Source: Strigamia acuminata
Lineage: Eukaryota
Length of the DNA: 64,000 nucleotides
Assembly: GCA_949358305.1 (NCBI GenBank)
Contig: OX442314.1
Coordinates: forward strand, 13,764,001 to 13,828,000
Reading direction: 5' to 3'
The position numbers were made by a program, and so were the translations under genes. Positions 31,801-45,200 of this stretch are shown here, piece after piece. A model generated the notes under the pieces. The model had not been told where the DNA came from, did not search any database, and was given only the letters and a program-made list of their open reading frames with translations. The number at the start of each line of letters is the position of its first letter. Positions within the stretch are counted from its first letter, which is position 1.

Positions 31801-34800
31801 ATAGCAACAGTGTTTTTTAAATAATTCCTGCAAAATAGCTTGAATTTTTTACATTTGAGTAAATATTTACATCATTTATAAGTACCTGGAGTTTAGTACA
31901 TCATAAAAATCTACTATAACGAGATATTGCACTATAATATAGATTTATGTTGCCAGTTATGGACAGCAGTGTCCATGCAACGCTTCTGCACGGAAGCTCC
32001 AATTACTGCGTCGCCAATTGGACCGATGATGAATGTTGAGACCTCGATCATTCTCCAGCACTCCGCCCACCAACGCCCACAAGTTTTCGATCGGCCCCCA
32101 AAAAACGGAGGAGGTGATCTGACGGAAGCCTTTGCGTGGCGCACGCACAACCCACGTGATGAAGCCCTTTTCCTGCCTGAATTGACACCGAATGCACGCC
32201 ACCTGCGCAGACGCAATCGATTCGAAAAGCAATCGAAAGTCTCAGCCATACACGTGACCATTGGTCATGGGAGCGATGGAAGAGGTGGAGTGAGAGCGAA
32301 ATGTGGCCGGGGAAAAAGGAAGAAATTGACGGTCATCCATCGTGAGATAAAAGCACGAGTGTTAGCCCATTGGGCAAAGAGGGCACGTCCATGGACTGAT
32401 GAGTTGACTTAGGATTTATTCCAACCTAGAGGCAAATGGATCCACAAGCACTAGCCGCTATTCGTATAAATTGTTAAAGTAAACGTGCTCGCTTCAAGAA
32501 TAGTAATTTTGAAAGGTGATTAAGACATCGCGCCACACATGCGTCCTTTCTTTTACATTATAACTTGGATTAATTAGTTGGCAGATACTGTAGGGGAGAG
32601 AGAGAAGGTGGAACGGAAGAAGAAAAAAATCAAGTCGCCACAAAGGCGCCATGTCAAACTGGACGGAGGGTGTAATTAACAGCTGACCGCGATCATTGAC
32701 AAGCTAATTTCGCACCGGAAACAAATGATCAATCGCCGCGCGAGATAAATAAGAGTAAAAAGGGAAATTGACACTTTTATTTGTTGCTTTTAGTTTAGTG
32801 TAATGCCATTTTGTTTTTTTGTTTTTTATTATTTGTTGATGTTTTGGGAAATAAAGGGTTACACTTTAATTCATTCTTAAAAGCAAGCGTTCAATCTGGG
32901 TGTAGTCCCTGGGTGTTTTGCATGTTTACGTTGTTTGACTTTAAAGTTGAGACCATCGGCATAACACGCCTGCACCATTATGTATTCTCTTTGCCGGGAA
33001 GGAAAAATAATTTCAGTAATGAAAAAATACCTCAAGCAAACCCGTGGTGCATTACAACAAAAATTTGAAAACTAGACAGGGGAGTGAAGACTGGAGAGGG
33101 TTCGTCATGTGGCTGCAAGCAGCGACAGTTCTCTTGGGGTGCCAGATTAATATCGTAGATTGCAAAATAAACACGCAAGCAACGGGGTCAGCATAGCCTT
33201 TCTTGTCTGTCGAAATCGGTAAAAGATAGCATATATTGCACAAGTTATCACGACGTTTTCTCGTCCGAAACACAATGTATCCAATGTTTTCTTTACTTCA
33301 AACAAAATGAAACTCCTCCTGAACTCTTGATGTTGACTTAACCGCAATGTACCAATGTGATCATCAAAAGAATATTTTTCAAAGTGAAAGAGACTGATAG
33401 TAGAAGTCAAATGTGTACAGAAAGATTAGAAATTAACATGTAAATTTCATACATTATTACAGGTATCTGCAAAATCTTTAATTAGCATTACAAGTTGGTT
33501 GCAGTTAATTTAATGACTCATTAATTAGCTAAATCCGTCGTAATGATTTTTATTCATTCTCTCTCGTCATTATAAAATCATTTCTAATTTTGAGTGAGTT
33601 TTAAAATTCAATTATAGTTATTGTTTAATTAGTGGCTTATTTGTGTTTATCTTAAGAATTATTTAAACTTTTTAGTGCAATTTTATAGAAATATAAAACT
33701 AAAATTGCCCAAAACTGAATTTTGGGACCTCTACAAACCGTACCGTACTTTAATTTAATTTATTTTTCAATCAGCTTTGAAATTTAAAACATCTTTGTAT
33801 CCGATTAAGGGCAGCAGAGTAAAATTACAAAGCAGAACTTATAGCTACAGATAAGCTAGCATCATTATAGTGGATTGAATTGAAACTTTATTCGTTTCTA
33901 CACAAAATAAAAATGTAATTTAGCCATTATTTTAAATAAAGACTTCAAGATAATGTAAGAACATACCTTTCACATCACTCAAGTTCAGCAGATAAAACTT
34001 TCCAAAGCTTTTCTTGAATCTCCATCTCCTTTATGTAAATAGATCAAATTGCTCAAGGGAAAGGAAAACGTTCGATGTTTATCCAAATTGTTCGAATTAA
34101 TTAGCAGTGAGGTGAAATAATTAATATAAATTACTCGAAACAAATCGCAACAGTACTGAAAATTTATTTCGGAAAATATAATCAAATGCCAAATAGTGAT
34201 TAAAAAGCAATTAGAATGTTGACACAGAAACACGCAAACACGTGGGAAGAAAAATAAAGCTAAACATGCCTCGCCTCACCAGGGCGCAATACAGCGAGCT
34301 CATTGCTTTGCCGCGAGAAAGAAAAGGTCATATTTACTAACTCAAAAACAAAAGCATATTTGCACTAAATACTCCTCGTCCCTTTCTCCTGCTATTATTT
34401 TTTCCCTCTAAAATTCTCACGCTGAATTATGACAGGTCGTGAATTATTGTGCCTAATGTAAATGAACCACTTGTGAATAACCATAACCTTAGAAGATAAT
34501 TCGCAGGCAAAAAATACTGCTTTTTATGTCTGAAGAGTTGCACTGGTGCCCACACAATGCAAATGTAAGCAAAAGTTTTCAAAATTAAAATAAACATAAT
34601 TTTTAATGTACAACTTGAAGTACAGTTACGATAAGACGAGGAAATGTTGTTTGAAAAATGCAAAAATCAAAAGATAAAGCAAATTTTTTAAAAGAAATTG
34701 TAATTTAATTCTGAACCAAAGTAATAAAAATCTGTATAAATAAATATAAATTAGTGAACAACATTTATTCGAAAGCTACTACAACTTGAACAGTTTTCCA

Positions 34801-36483
34801 TTTCTATTTTTAAAAAATTTAAAAACAAAATAAAAATGTTTTTATAATGTAATCGAACGTTTTCATGTGGATTTTGTTGGTACATCGGAGAGAACCTTTT
34901 CCCTTACAGATCAAATAGCCTCGTGTCCCTTATGGCACAATTCAGACGTAGTATTTATTGCAGTGAACAGATTCCCCCTCGTGATCTGTAAGTACAGAAA
35001 AGTGATCGCCGCCTAGGAATCTTTAATGAGCACTACTGGTTTGAGATTTTAGTTCCGCTGATTAAATGCATTAACAAAATTGAATAATGCCTTTAAAATT
35101 AAAATATGAAAAAATAAAAATTAGCTTTGGGTCTGGTTGCACTTGCATCCCTGTGGATTTCCACTATGAATCAACGAGTGGAAAAAAATGATGGTAGAAA
35201 ACGAACTGCGATACGATTTCTTTATTAGTGCAACCTGAACTGGGATCTGTAGCTAATGAAGAATAATTTGCATAATGAAAATCCACTCTTGTATCGAACG
35301 TGAGAATTGCCAGTTTACACTAGGAAAGCTGTCACCCTGGATAAATGCGGAAATGGGTACGTGGTTAAATTCTCATGAGCTTAAATGAGGATCATATCTG
35401 CTTGGTGTTAATTCAATGTAACACGACTGCTAAGCTCATAATAATATTAAATGAGTCAGTAGTTAAAATTGGTATTCGTTTTTAATAAATTAATTTTATA
35501 CGTTTTTTTCGATTTTTTTTTTATTATTTATTATTTTAATTTTTTTGTTTTTTTATTGTGAGAAGTATAGAAAACTGTCACGGAGATAAGAAAACAATTT
35601 CTTTCAAAATGACACCTCTGAATGGAGAGAAGATACGAGTTGTCAGGTAATTTTCCAAATCAGTGGTCTTTGACACTGAGATTCGCGCTCCATGATCGTT
35701 TGTTACTTTATGATGAGGATGATGTAACGATTGATTTGACATTTGAAAATATGTACTCGGCTGACGCCAGCACTTTTCCTTTTTGAGTTTAAGTGATTAG
35801 TGAAACGACAGATGATGTATGATCCAAAATTGAATCCAGTCGCTTCCAAAAGTTTAATTGACAAGTCGCGTTCTACTCCCTTTTTGTTCTCTCAGCAACG
35901 TCAAGAGAAAGGATTAAAAATAATCATTTTCAATTCAAGAGATTAAGTATAATATTCATCTTTGAAAAATGTATTAATTTTTTTTTGAAAAATCGTTACA
36001 AAGTATAATTCTTTTTAACGACTGCAATTGAAAATATTTTAACAAAAGACGATTAATAATTATATATCTGCAATATTTATATTTATTTTCCTTTTAAATT
36101 CTTACATTTTCAACATGTTTAGAAATCTATACCAAAACTTAATACGTATAACAACAATACCCGCCTTTCCTTAAATTTCCTTTTCTATTGTTAAATTTAT
36201 ATTCAATTCGCTGTAAATACATATTAAAAAATAACATGCCCATTTGAGCAACCATAACAAATACTTCAATTAAAAAAATATTTTAATCAATAACAAAAAA
36301 AATATTCTAAAATTGTGAAATTAAAAATGACATTTTTTTCCAAATATTTTCATAAAATAATAACTGAATCGTTATATTTATCTGATACAAATTTTTGGAC
36401 TTAAATATGCCATTATAATAACTAATTTTTAAATTATTGTATGTAAATGGTATTTCATAACACTAACTTGAGTAAAACACACT

Positions 36484-37656
36484 TCAAACTGGTTTTCGTG
36501 CCATCAAAAGATTATATACCTGACGAAAATTTATCTCTGTATCCTCTGGTGCAGTAGAAACATTTAATGTTTTCATCATCCTAATAAATAATGCAACAAC
36601 AAATAAACATTAATTTACACAATAAACATCAATGTTTTACTTGTCCTGGTAGCTCTGAAGAACTTGTTTAGCCTTCTCCGGATTTTGTTTTTTTAATTCC
36701 TGATATCCTGACCACGACTGAATGTAGCCCATATATTCTGTCAAATTCCAAATTGTGTCCCGAGTAACCATCCTATCTCTATAAATAAAAATAATAATTT
36801 ATCAATCAATAATTTAGATGAATAATTTTCATTTTTATTCAAACCTTATTTGTTCTTCATAAGGCAACTCCAGATCTCTATACATGTCGTCAACAATCTT
36901 TCTGTTTTCATGCCAGTACCCAGCAGTATCCACATTGTATAACTGAAATACAAAATTGTAATGCAACTGTTATAAACATAAATTCAATCGCATTTACATG
37001 GTTCATGTGCTCTTTCAACTCCAAACTTTTTTCCTGTCCATAGGGTTTTGGAAAACCGTAACAATATACAGCAAGAACACCTCCAGGACGTAATACGCGG
37101 TCAACTTCCTTGTAAAAAGACGGTAAATGAAACCAATGCGCAGCTTGTGCTGTGTTTACGAGGTCAGCACTAGAATCAGGAAGAGGAATCGAGTCGCATG
37201 AACCAAGTCTAAAAATTACAAAATAAAAAAAAGGTTAAATCGTTTGAATTGCGTATATTAAAATAATAAAACCGACTTGTATTGAACATTGGCATTAGTC
37301 TCTCTTTTTATTGCTTCATTGATTTGAGAATCACTAACATCTGTACCCAAAACATGAGTAAAATGAGGAGCCAATATGCTGGTACTTTGTCCGGAACCAC
37401 AGCCTACATCGACAGCTTGATTGAATGGTGGCGAAATCTGAATTTTAAAAAGATGAATTTAATCAATATTTATTTAATTATTGCTTTAAACACATTTGGT
37501 GGTTTGAATCAATGCGAGTTATCACGTTTGGTTTGCGATTACCTTTGCTCTAAGAAAATCTAGAATGTGTGTCAATATTTGTTTCGGCGGTGTTGGTCTA
37601 AATTTGGCATATAAAGCTGAATGAGAAACTTGAGTAAAAATTCGACTAGCATCCAT
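36484..37656 (-). CDS. Class I SAM-dependent methyltransferase (Methyltransf_11, DDB_G0268948/Crg1-like), paralog 1; 6 exons
   Basis: Exons 37656-37543, 37437-37277, 37208-36998, 36942-36845, 36778-36641 and 36580-36484 splice in frame: MDASRIF..LYAKFRPTPP..AVDVGCGSGQST..AQAAHWF..EVDRVLRPGGVLA..GYIQSWSGY..LMARKPV*. Confidence 0.92.
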
Positions 37657-37699
37657 AACGAACGTGTATAAACGATATTTATAAAACAAACGAAAGGAC

Positions 37700-37835
37700 T
37701 AGGTGAAAAATGACGCCATTTTGATACAAATGCAGAGGTAAACGCTCCTTCGAAGCCTCCGTACATCTCATGACGTCACATCTCGGTATTTTTGTTGGTA
37801 GTGGACGGAAATCGTTTACTTTTCGGTTTCCCTTC
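37700..37835. promoter_or_regulatory. Probable bidirectional promoter between methyltransferase 1 and the VRK-like gene
   Basis: Head-to-head genes. YY1-like CAAAATGGCG on the minus strand (37714-37723), palindromic CRE TGACGTCA (37771-37778) and ETS-like CGGAAAT. Confidence 0.5.
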
Positions 37836-38503
37836 TAAATTTTTTCATAGTTCCAACAAGAAAATATTCTTGGTTTTTAGGTCTGTGGTTTTTTCCTTTT
37901 TTTTTGTTCATATATTAGATGTTGTAATGCAGTTGGGAAAAAATTTAAACTTAAAAACTGATACTGAGAGCGTAGAAACGACTAAAAAAAGCGATTTTTG
38001 CTGGATTTTGTCAATTGTATTGTAGTTTGTAATATTTGTTACCGTACTTGTTCTTGAATAAATGTTGTTATCTTTGTAATTAGCTCGTGTGGTGGTTCCG
38101 GACGATACAAGGAATAAAATTGCGATTGATCTTCATTTGTGAATAAGTTTTCAGCGCCTGTTTTTACTGCCATTGAGATTATTTCAAAAGAAATAAATTG
38201 AACTCAGGTTGTTGGTTGTTGATCAACTGGTTGTTTGAAGTTTGAGAAACAAATCTGACAGAGTTTGTGCAATCTATGTAGGAGGTAAAAAGGAAAAAAA
38301 AACTTACGTAAAAGTTTATTACAGCCCTCTAGTGATAACAACTAGAAATATTCTTTTCATTCATCGGGGAAAAAAATAAAATTATTTAGCAAATATTTGT
38401 GACATAAACAGGAAATAATGAAAATTTAAAACATCAATGGTTTCCGTACCATTTTCTCGGCTATTTGTCTTGTCTTGAAAAATTAATTTGCTATCTTTTG
38501 TCT

Positions 38504-38600
38504 AAAAATGCATGGTTTTGTTTAAAAAATGCATGGTTTTGTTTAAAAAATGCATGATTTTGTTTAAAAATGCATGATTTTGTTTAAAATTGCATGATTT
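38504..38600. repeat. ~20-21-bp tandem repeat (AAAATGCATGRTTTTGTTTAA), ~5 copies
   Basis: Directly visible tandem units. Confidence 0.85.
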
Positions 38601-39117
38601 ATCTAATTCTATTCACCAGAAATGCATTTTTCATGTAAAAATATAAAACTTTCTAGCTTAAAATGAATTTAATTCCCATAAAAATGCATTTTTCCGGCTG
38701 AAACTGCATTTTTAAATACTCATGGCAGAGCTGGATTTAGTGGGGCTTCTCGCCCTTATTTCTGACCACAATTTAAAAAATAAACAAATAATATTTTTTT
38801 TTTGAAAACTTTTCTTGAGCAAAAGTTTCCTTCTGGAATTTCCAGAACCCCGTAGCCCGTAGCCCTTCCCCTTTGGCCTGAATTATTTTCACCAGGATTG
38901 GTTGCATTTTCTGAAGTTCGTGGTAAATTCTTGCAACAACTCTTTTTTTTATTTTTTTTTATTTTGTGAGGGGAAATCCCACGCTCTGAGTTTTAGTGTT
39001 ACATCAAATCAAGATTTTCTCTCGTCACAATTTATTCAGCACATTCGCAAAATCGACGCTAGGTGTTAGCAATCAAGCAATCAAACACCACGCACGTGCG
39101 TGATTCAAATAGTGAAA

Positions 39118-40736
39118 ATGTCTCGAGAATCTATAAAAAGTAGATAATTTGCTATCAATGAATAATACTCGATTTATTTCATTTAATTTCAATTTTTAAT
39201 TTTTTAGATGACGTTATTTTGAATTTGTCAGCTGGACAAATTTTGACGGATGTTAAGGAACAATGCTGGATTTTGGGCAAACCTGTAGGCCATGGTGGTT
39301 ACAGAGAAATCTATACTGGTAAGTAAAAGAGTTTATGGCTTTAATCTCACATAATAATAAACAATAATATTGAGTCTAGCTTCCATCGAATGCCCCATTC
39401 TAGAATGCCCCTCTGCCGAATATGCGATTAAACTGGTATGATTTAGATTAATTAAAGTTGAAAATTTAGTTATTGTGTTTAATTGTTTATTTATTTCTTA
39501 TAGGACTATGAACGTGGAAATCTTTTTGAGGAAATCAATTGTTATCGGCAGCTCGGCACAACTGAAAAGAGTAAAACAATGCGATTGCGATTGGTCAGTT
39601 TTTTTTTTATTTACCGGTACAAAAATTCGTTTTAGTCGAAGAATGGAGAGAAAAATGGAAATTGGAGTTCCTCGGAATGCCGAAATTAATTTCGTACGGG
39701 TTGAGCAAAGTCAATGGGATCGGTTATCGATTTCTTGTGATGGAACGATACGGAGATAATTTGGAGAAATTGTGGAGGGAAAACGGGAAAATATTTTCCG
39801 CGAAAACCGTCGTTAATTTAGCAGTCCAAATGGTAAATTAAAAATAACAGAATGAAATGAAAAGATTAATAAAATATTAATTGCTTTTTCATTTCTAGAT
39901 TGATATTTTGGAATACATTCACCATTTTTCACATCTTCATGGCGACATTAAAGCATCGAACATAGTCGTCGACGCCAAATCTTGCGATCGAGTATGTAAT
40001 TTATTCCATTAAAAATATCGAAATCTATAAAATATTTCTGCAGGTCTACTTAATCGATTATGGAAGTGCTAAACTACATTCGATTGATGACAAACACGCG
40101 TGTAATAAACCGCATATTGGCACGCTCCAAATTACTAGTTGTGATGCGCATCTCGACAGTAAATCATTCGCTTATTTTTTATGTGAAACATTAAATCTGA
40201 AATTGTTTTTATCTTTTAGGGTTATCCCGTCGTGCAGACTTGGAAAGCTTGGCTTGCACCTTGATGAAATGGTCGAGCGGCAAATTGCCATGGGAGACCG
40301 ATGTGGAGCTGAAAGACAAAGAAGCAATTCAAACTAAAAAAATCAAGTAAATCTATATTTTTAGTGTTAATACAGCAAATACAATGATTATTCTGAAAGA
40401 TATTTAGACGACTTCGGAAGACTGTTTGATGAATGTTACGAGAATTCAACTCCGTGTCCTGGTCTTAGAGAATTGTTCGGTTACATTCTCGCATTGCGCT
40501 TTGAGGAAGCTCCGAATTACGACAGCTGCCGTCGGTTTCTGAAGGAAGGACTGGCGAAAGCTGGCATCAAAAACAATGGCAAACTGGATTTGAAATTAAC
40601 GATAATTAGCGATAAGCCAAATTTGAAAAAGAGGTTTGCGGACGATTCGCCACAAGTTGGAATTAGACGGATATTGCGCCGAAAGCGAACGAGGTCGGTT
40701 GATTCGCTCAGTATTCACACGGCCACATGCGTCTGA
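39118..40736 (+). CDS. VRK: Vaccinia-related (VRK, CK1 group) Ser/Thr kinase, divergent; ~9 coding exons
   Basis: Spliced: MSRESIKNDVILNLSAGQILTD..WILGKPVGHGGYREIY..YAIKL..LFEEINCY..LGMPKL..YRFLVMERYGDNL..DILEYIH..HGDIKASN..VYLIDYG..HIGTLQITSCDAH..SRRADLESL..GKLPW..PNYD. These are VRK-diagnostic motifs. All introns are GT-AG. Confidence 0.9.
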
Positions 40737-41006
40737 AGTTCTGAACTGAAAATTAAAATTAAAAATCAACAAAGTTTCGCTTACAAACGGTAAGTCACTC
40801 ACTTATAAGACCATGTTTTGTGTTTTTTGCTTGTAATGCAACACAAAACATTCGTTTCAATAAAATTAAAGTTATTTAAATCTCACGCCTTATTTCACAA
40901 GCATAAAGTATGAAACACTAGACTCCTATTACTTATATTCAAGGAAGAGGGGCGTTGTGTGCAATTCATAACTCAATATCAACGATCTAGCGGGTAAAAA
41001 CATTCT

Positions 41007-42040
41007 TTATTCTGATTTTTGTGACATAACCAGAAAATAATTGAATCTTAAAACAAGCTGAATATCGTCAGTAGGTGCATCTGTGGCAGCCTCAATTATT
41101 TCCAATAAACTAAAAAAAAAATTATGAATTAATCATTTAGCTCCTTTTTTGCTGAATCCTAGTACCTTGATTGTAATTTATTTACAATTTCATCTGCTGT
41201 TTTCGGATCTTTTTCTTTTAATATTTGAATTCCGGATCTGGATTTTATATGACCTATTACATGCGCCAAAGTTGCATGTTTGTCACTGGGAACTGCATCA
41301 ATTCTTCTCGTTCTTGCGTACAGTTTAGGAATATCAATGTAACGGTTAATAAGCAAATCGTGCTGTTCAGACCACAAATGCCTATGTTCCGCAAACCACT
41401 GGAAAAGGGAAGAAAAAAATTAGATTGTAGAATTTTGTTGATCAATTCATACTTACTTCTTTTATTACAATTAAAATCTTGTCAGTATATGGTTCTAGTA
41501 TTGGCTCTGGATACATGTATCCAGCAATAACAAGTAAACCGTTCGGTTTAAGAATTCTATCTACTTGGGAATAGAATGAAGGAATGTCAAACCAATGAAT
41601 CGCCTCGCACACCATAACCAAATCAACACTGTTAGCTTCTAATTCAATTTTATTAGATGACCCTATTCTGCAAACAAAAATTGTATTTAATATACATAAA
41701 TTACAGAATAAAGCATTAATCATTGACACATACCTAAAAGTTACATTTTTATACTTATTTTGCTTCATTGCTTGTTCAATCTGCCGCACGTTGTCATCTA
41801 TTCCAATAACTTGTGCGAAATGAGGTGCTAAAAGTGGCGTTACTTGTCCTGAACCACATCCCACGTCAATAGCAACACTATACGGCGGTGGTAACTAAAA
41901 AATCAACCTTTTTATAAAAATCTAACTAAAACCTTAACACGAACCCTTTCAGACAGCATTTTCATTGCCTCGTTAATTAACTGCTCCGATGGAATTGGCC
42001 TAAAATTGTAATACAACTCCAGATCCACATACGAGTCCAT
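41007..42040 (-). CDS. Class I SAM-dependent methyltransferase, paralog 2; 5 exons
   Basis: MDSYVDLELYYNFRPIPS..VAIDVGCGSGQVTPLLAPHF..CEAIHWFD..QVDRILKPNGLL..YFLVMSQKSE*. Shares four intron positions with paralog 1. Confidence 0.9.
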
Positions 42041-42249
42041 CAGGAATCAAGAAGTTGTATACAACTCGTGGAAGTAAAACTACAGTCTTTGTATAAAACA
42101 CTACCATCTATTGGCGGAACTAATAACTGCAAATTTATTGACAACTACAACAATTTTATTACAAAAAAACAAACAGGTGATTGCATATAGACAAGTGATA
42201 ATGAATGACTAGTCATGTAAAATAACAATTGTTAATAAAAAATTTCACA

Positions 42250-45200
42250 TTAAGCTTCACTTGTAGCTTTATCTAAACCGTCAAGAGACGTTTCTAAATA
42301 TTTCTTTTTGGGAGTATCATCGTCCGTAGTATCGGTGTGATCCAGAGATGTTTCTAAGTAAGGTTTCTTTTTTTGACCTTCAGAAACAACAACAAAATTT
42401 AAATCTCGAAAACAAATTGCTATTGGCTCACTTTTACCCATCAACGGCAGTGTTTCTTGTGACAGTGACTTCTTGGACTCATCTAAAGACTTACCATCCT
42501 CCTCAGGCTGCGTTAAAGTGTCATAATCTCCAGATTCAACATACACATTGTTCATTAATACCATCGGTACAATAGAACTCACTTGTCCGCCTTTTGGACG
42601 CGCAAAAGTTAAATAATCCAACTCTTCTTTCGAAATTGATTTCTCCACATTTGCCTGTCGCCGTTTCTTCTCCTTGGCCTGATAATTTAACGTGTTATTC
42701 ACACGAATTTTTTCCTTTCACTTGGACTTACCCTTCTTGCGTAGGCACATCGACAGATGCATAACAAAATAATTATAAGAAGAATAACAAATGCGCCAAC
42801 AACGCCTCCAATTATAATTCCCAACTGCCAATTGCGTTCCGATGCGATCTCATCCCAATCGACACCTAAAATATTAGCAATTTATTATTATAAGTACAAT
42901 TTTTTTTTACTTTCAACAAATAAATACCCCAAGCACAGAAAAACGAGTATTTTTCACTGCAAGACACCGATTCAATTCCATTGTACAAGAGAGCTGAACA
43001 CCCTCCGGTAGGTACAAACTCAATCACACGAACACGGACTGGCGCGGTGGAGTCATATTGGTCTTGATAATGGCGAAGCAGATATATGAAACTATTTATT
43101 TCGGAAGATTTCACGTATGATACAGTGGCGTTAAGATTCTGCAAGGGTGAAACATTTATTAATAAAAATAAAAATGAAAACAACTATATAGTTCTGATAA
43201 ACTTGCATTGCAAAAATATTCAGCATCCCACTTGTCCATTTTACCACCAAAATAGTGGTGACAAGCGCCTCCAATTCGTTCCCAGCCAGGCAAACAGTCA
43301 ACTAGAAGTCAAAATAATATTATTTCCCACACTAGAAAACGTAACAATTAGTCACCATCGGCCAACGATCGTTCGGATTCCAAAAACGGAGAATAAACCA
43401 CTTTAACGCGTTTCTCGTCGTCGAATTGGTCGTGAATTCGTGCAGAAACAAACATTTTGTGATTATATCCCCACCAGTTATACGTTGCATTAACTATTCC
43501 AGTCCTAAGTGAAACCAAACGATTAATTATTAGACGCAAAAAATAGAATAACAGTAATAACATTCGTACTGTTTACTGTCGATCGCTGCCTCAATCTCGA
43601 AATCATTGCTAGGGTTCGTGAACACATTTTCAAAATAGGATTGCCCACTGCTTCCAATGAGTATGGTGGATCTGAATCTCTCGTTACGTGCAGTATTATT
43701 TAAAATAGTGTTGTGTCTGTACAATTGATAAGCATTTCTAGTAGACTGATTTCCGCCAAAGCTGGAATGCAAAATATGAAAGCCTGTGTTGTTGAAAATG
43801 TAATTCCTGCTCGCTGTTAACTTCACCTGAAATAGTTAAAATATTATTTTCAATCTTAAAAATAAACTACCATTATATAAAAAAAAAATAAAATTGTACA
43901 AACCTCATCTAAAATCAAAACAGGTTTGTAAGACACATTATTGAATGTGAAGGCATTATTGTTAACGACAACTTGATAAAGAGAAGTATGGTGGCTCCTG
44001 ATATCGAGTATTGGTCGATTGGCGTTTTTCGTGAATAAATTATTAACAACTGTCCCCGGAAGAGAAGACAAGCGGGAATCGGATTCTGCGCTGATGCACA
44101 AACCACCCTGGTTACGCGTAAGTAAATTGCTGCTAAAGCGTATCGAATTTGAATTTTGCAAATTGAGACCCACGACACAATCCGAGGTGGAAAAATTCTC
44201 CGCTATTTCGATGCCATTTTCAACAAAAATGTTGGAACTGATAGTCAAAGTAGGAATAACTTCACCAAAAGATGAATAATAGATTGCACCGAGATGATTT
44301 CTTTCGAACGTGTTGTCGGAGAGTTTGTGATGGATGTAATCATCTGAAAATTAGAAAAAAATTTAAAAAAAATAAAAATAAAAATAAAACTCTTCGATTT
44401 TTACCGAATGTGACAGATACAGGAGGGACGGAAAAGATCTCAGCAACAAAACCATGAAGTTCACTTGCAGCGTTAGCCACAACTTGAACACTTAGTTTGT
44501 TTGATTCGGATTTAACTACCACTCGTCCTTCCTTTAAATCGCCTCTCAATATTTTCAACTCTTCCTTATCTTCGGACGATATATCGCCATCAAAAACACG
44601 GACGAAATCGATGTTCTTTCCATAGTTCTTGAACATGTTAAAATGCAAAAGTCGGAATCCCAGATGCTGAACTCCTGTGAAAACCTTAATGCAAGTGGAA
44701 GGATGCGGCCGATATTTATAATAAATAAGAATTCGATCGGTAATTGGAATAACTTTGTCGGCGTTGCATATATCGGCCATTCCAAACAACTCGGATGGAA
44801 GATGAAGTGGTTTCAAAGGCAAATTAAGAGGAAATTTGTTTTCACGCGAATCGCTCCTAAAATCCATAACATTCACCCCAAACCCATAGTTATTTGTGAA
44901 TCTATAAAATAAAATTAAAAAAAAATAATTAATAAAAATTCAATTTAAAAAATAAATAAATATCGTACTGCGTGCTTTCGATATCGATGCGAGCCGTCGG
45001 AGCTACGATAGTGACCCCGTGCGACGCGCCGTTCATTATTTCACAATTCACGATCTTCGGCGATTTGTATATTGCTTGTACGGCCGAACATTTTTCTCCA
45101 CGCAAATTCCCAGCTCCACTAATAAGAACATGATCCAGAACAGATTCGGTCTGCGTTTCATCAGCGGCATCGGTTATGCCTCGAAATGTTTTCCTTTCGT

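Noticed and set aside
31927..32412. 161-aa ORF with overlapping minus-strand ORFs
   Set aside because: Non-ATG start, no recognisable homology, and explained by locally higher GC.
38723..38880. CAGAGCTGGATTTAG, resembling a hAT MITE left end
   Set aside because: No matching right TIR or TSD found.
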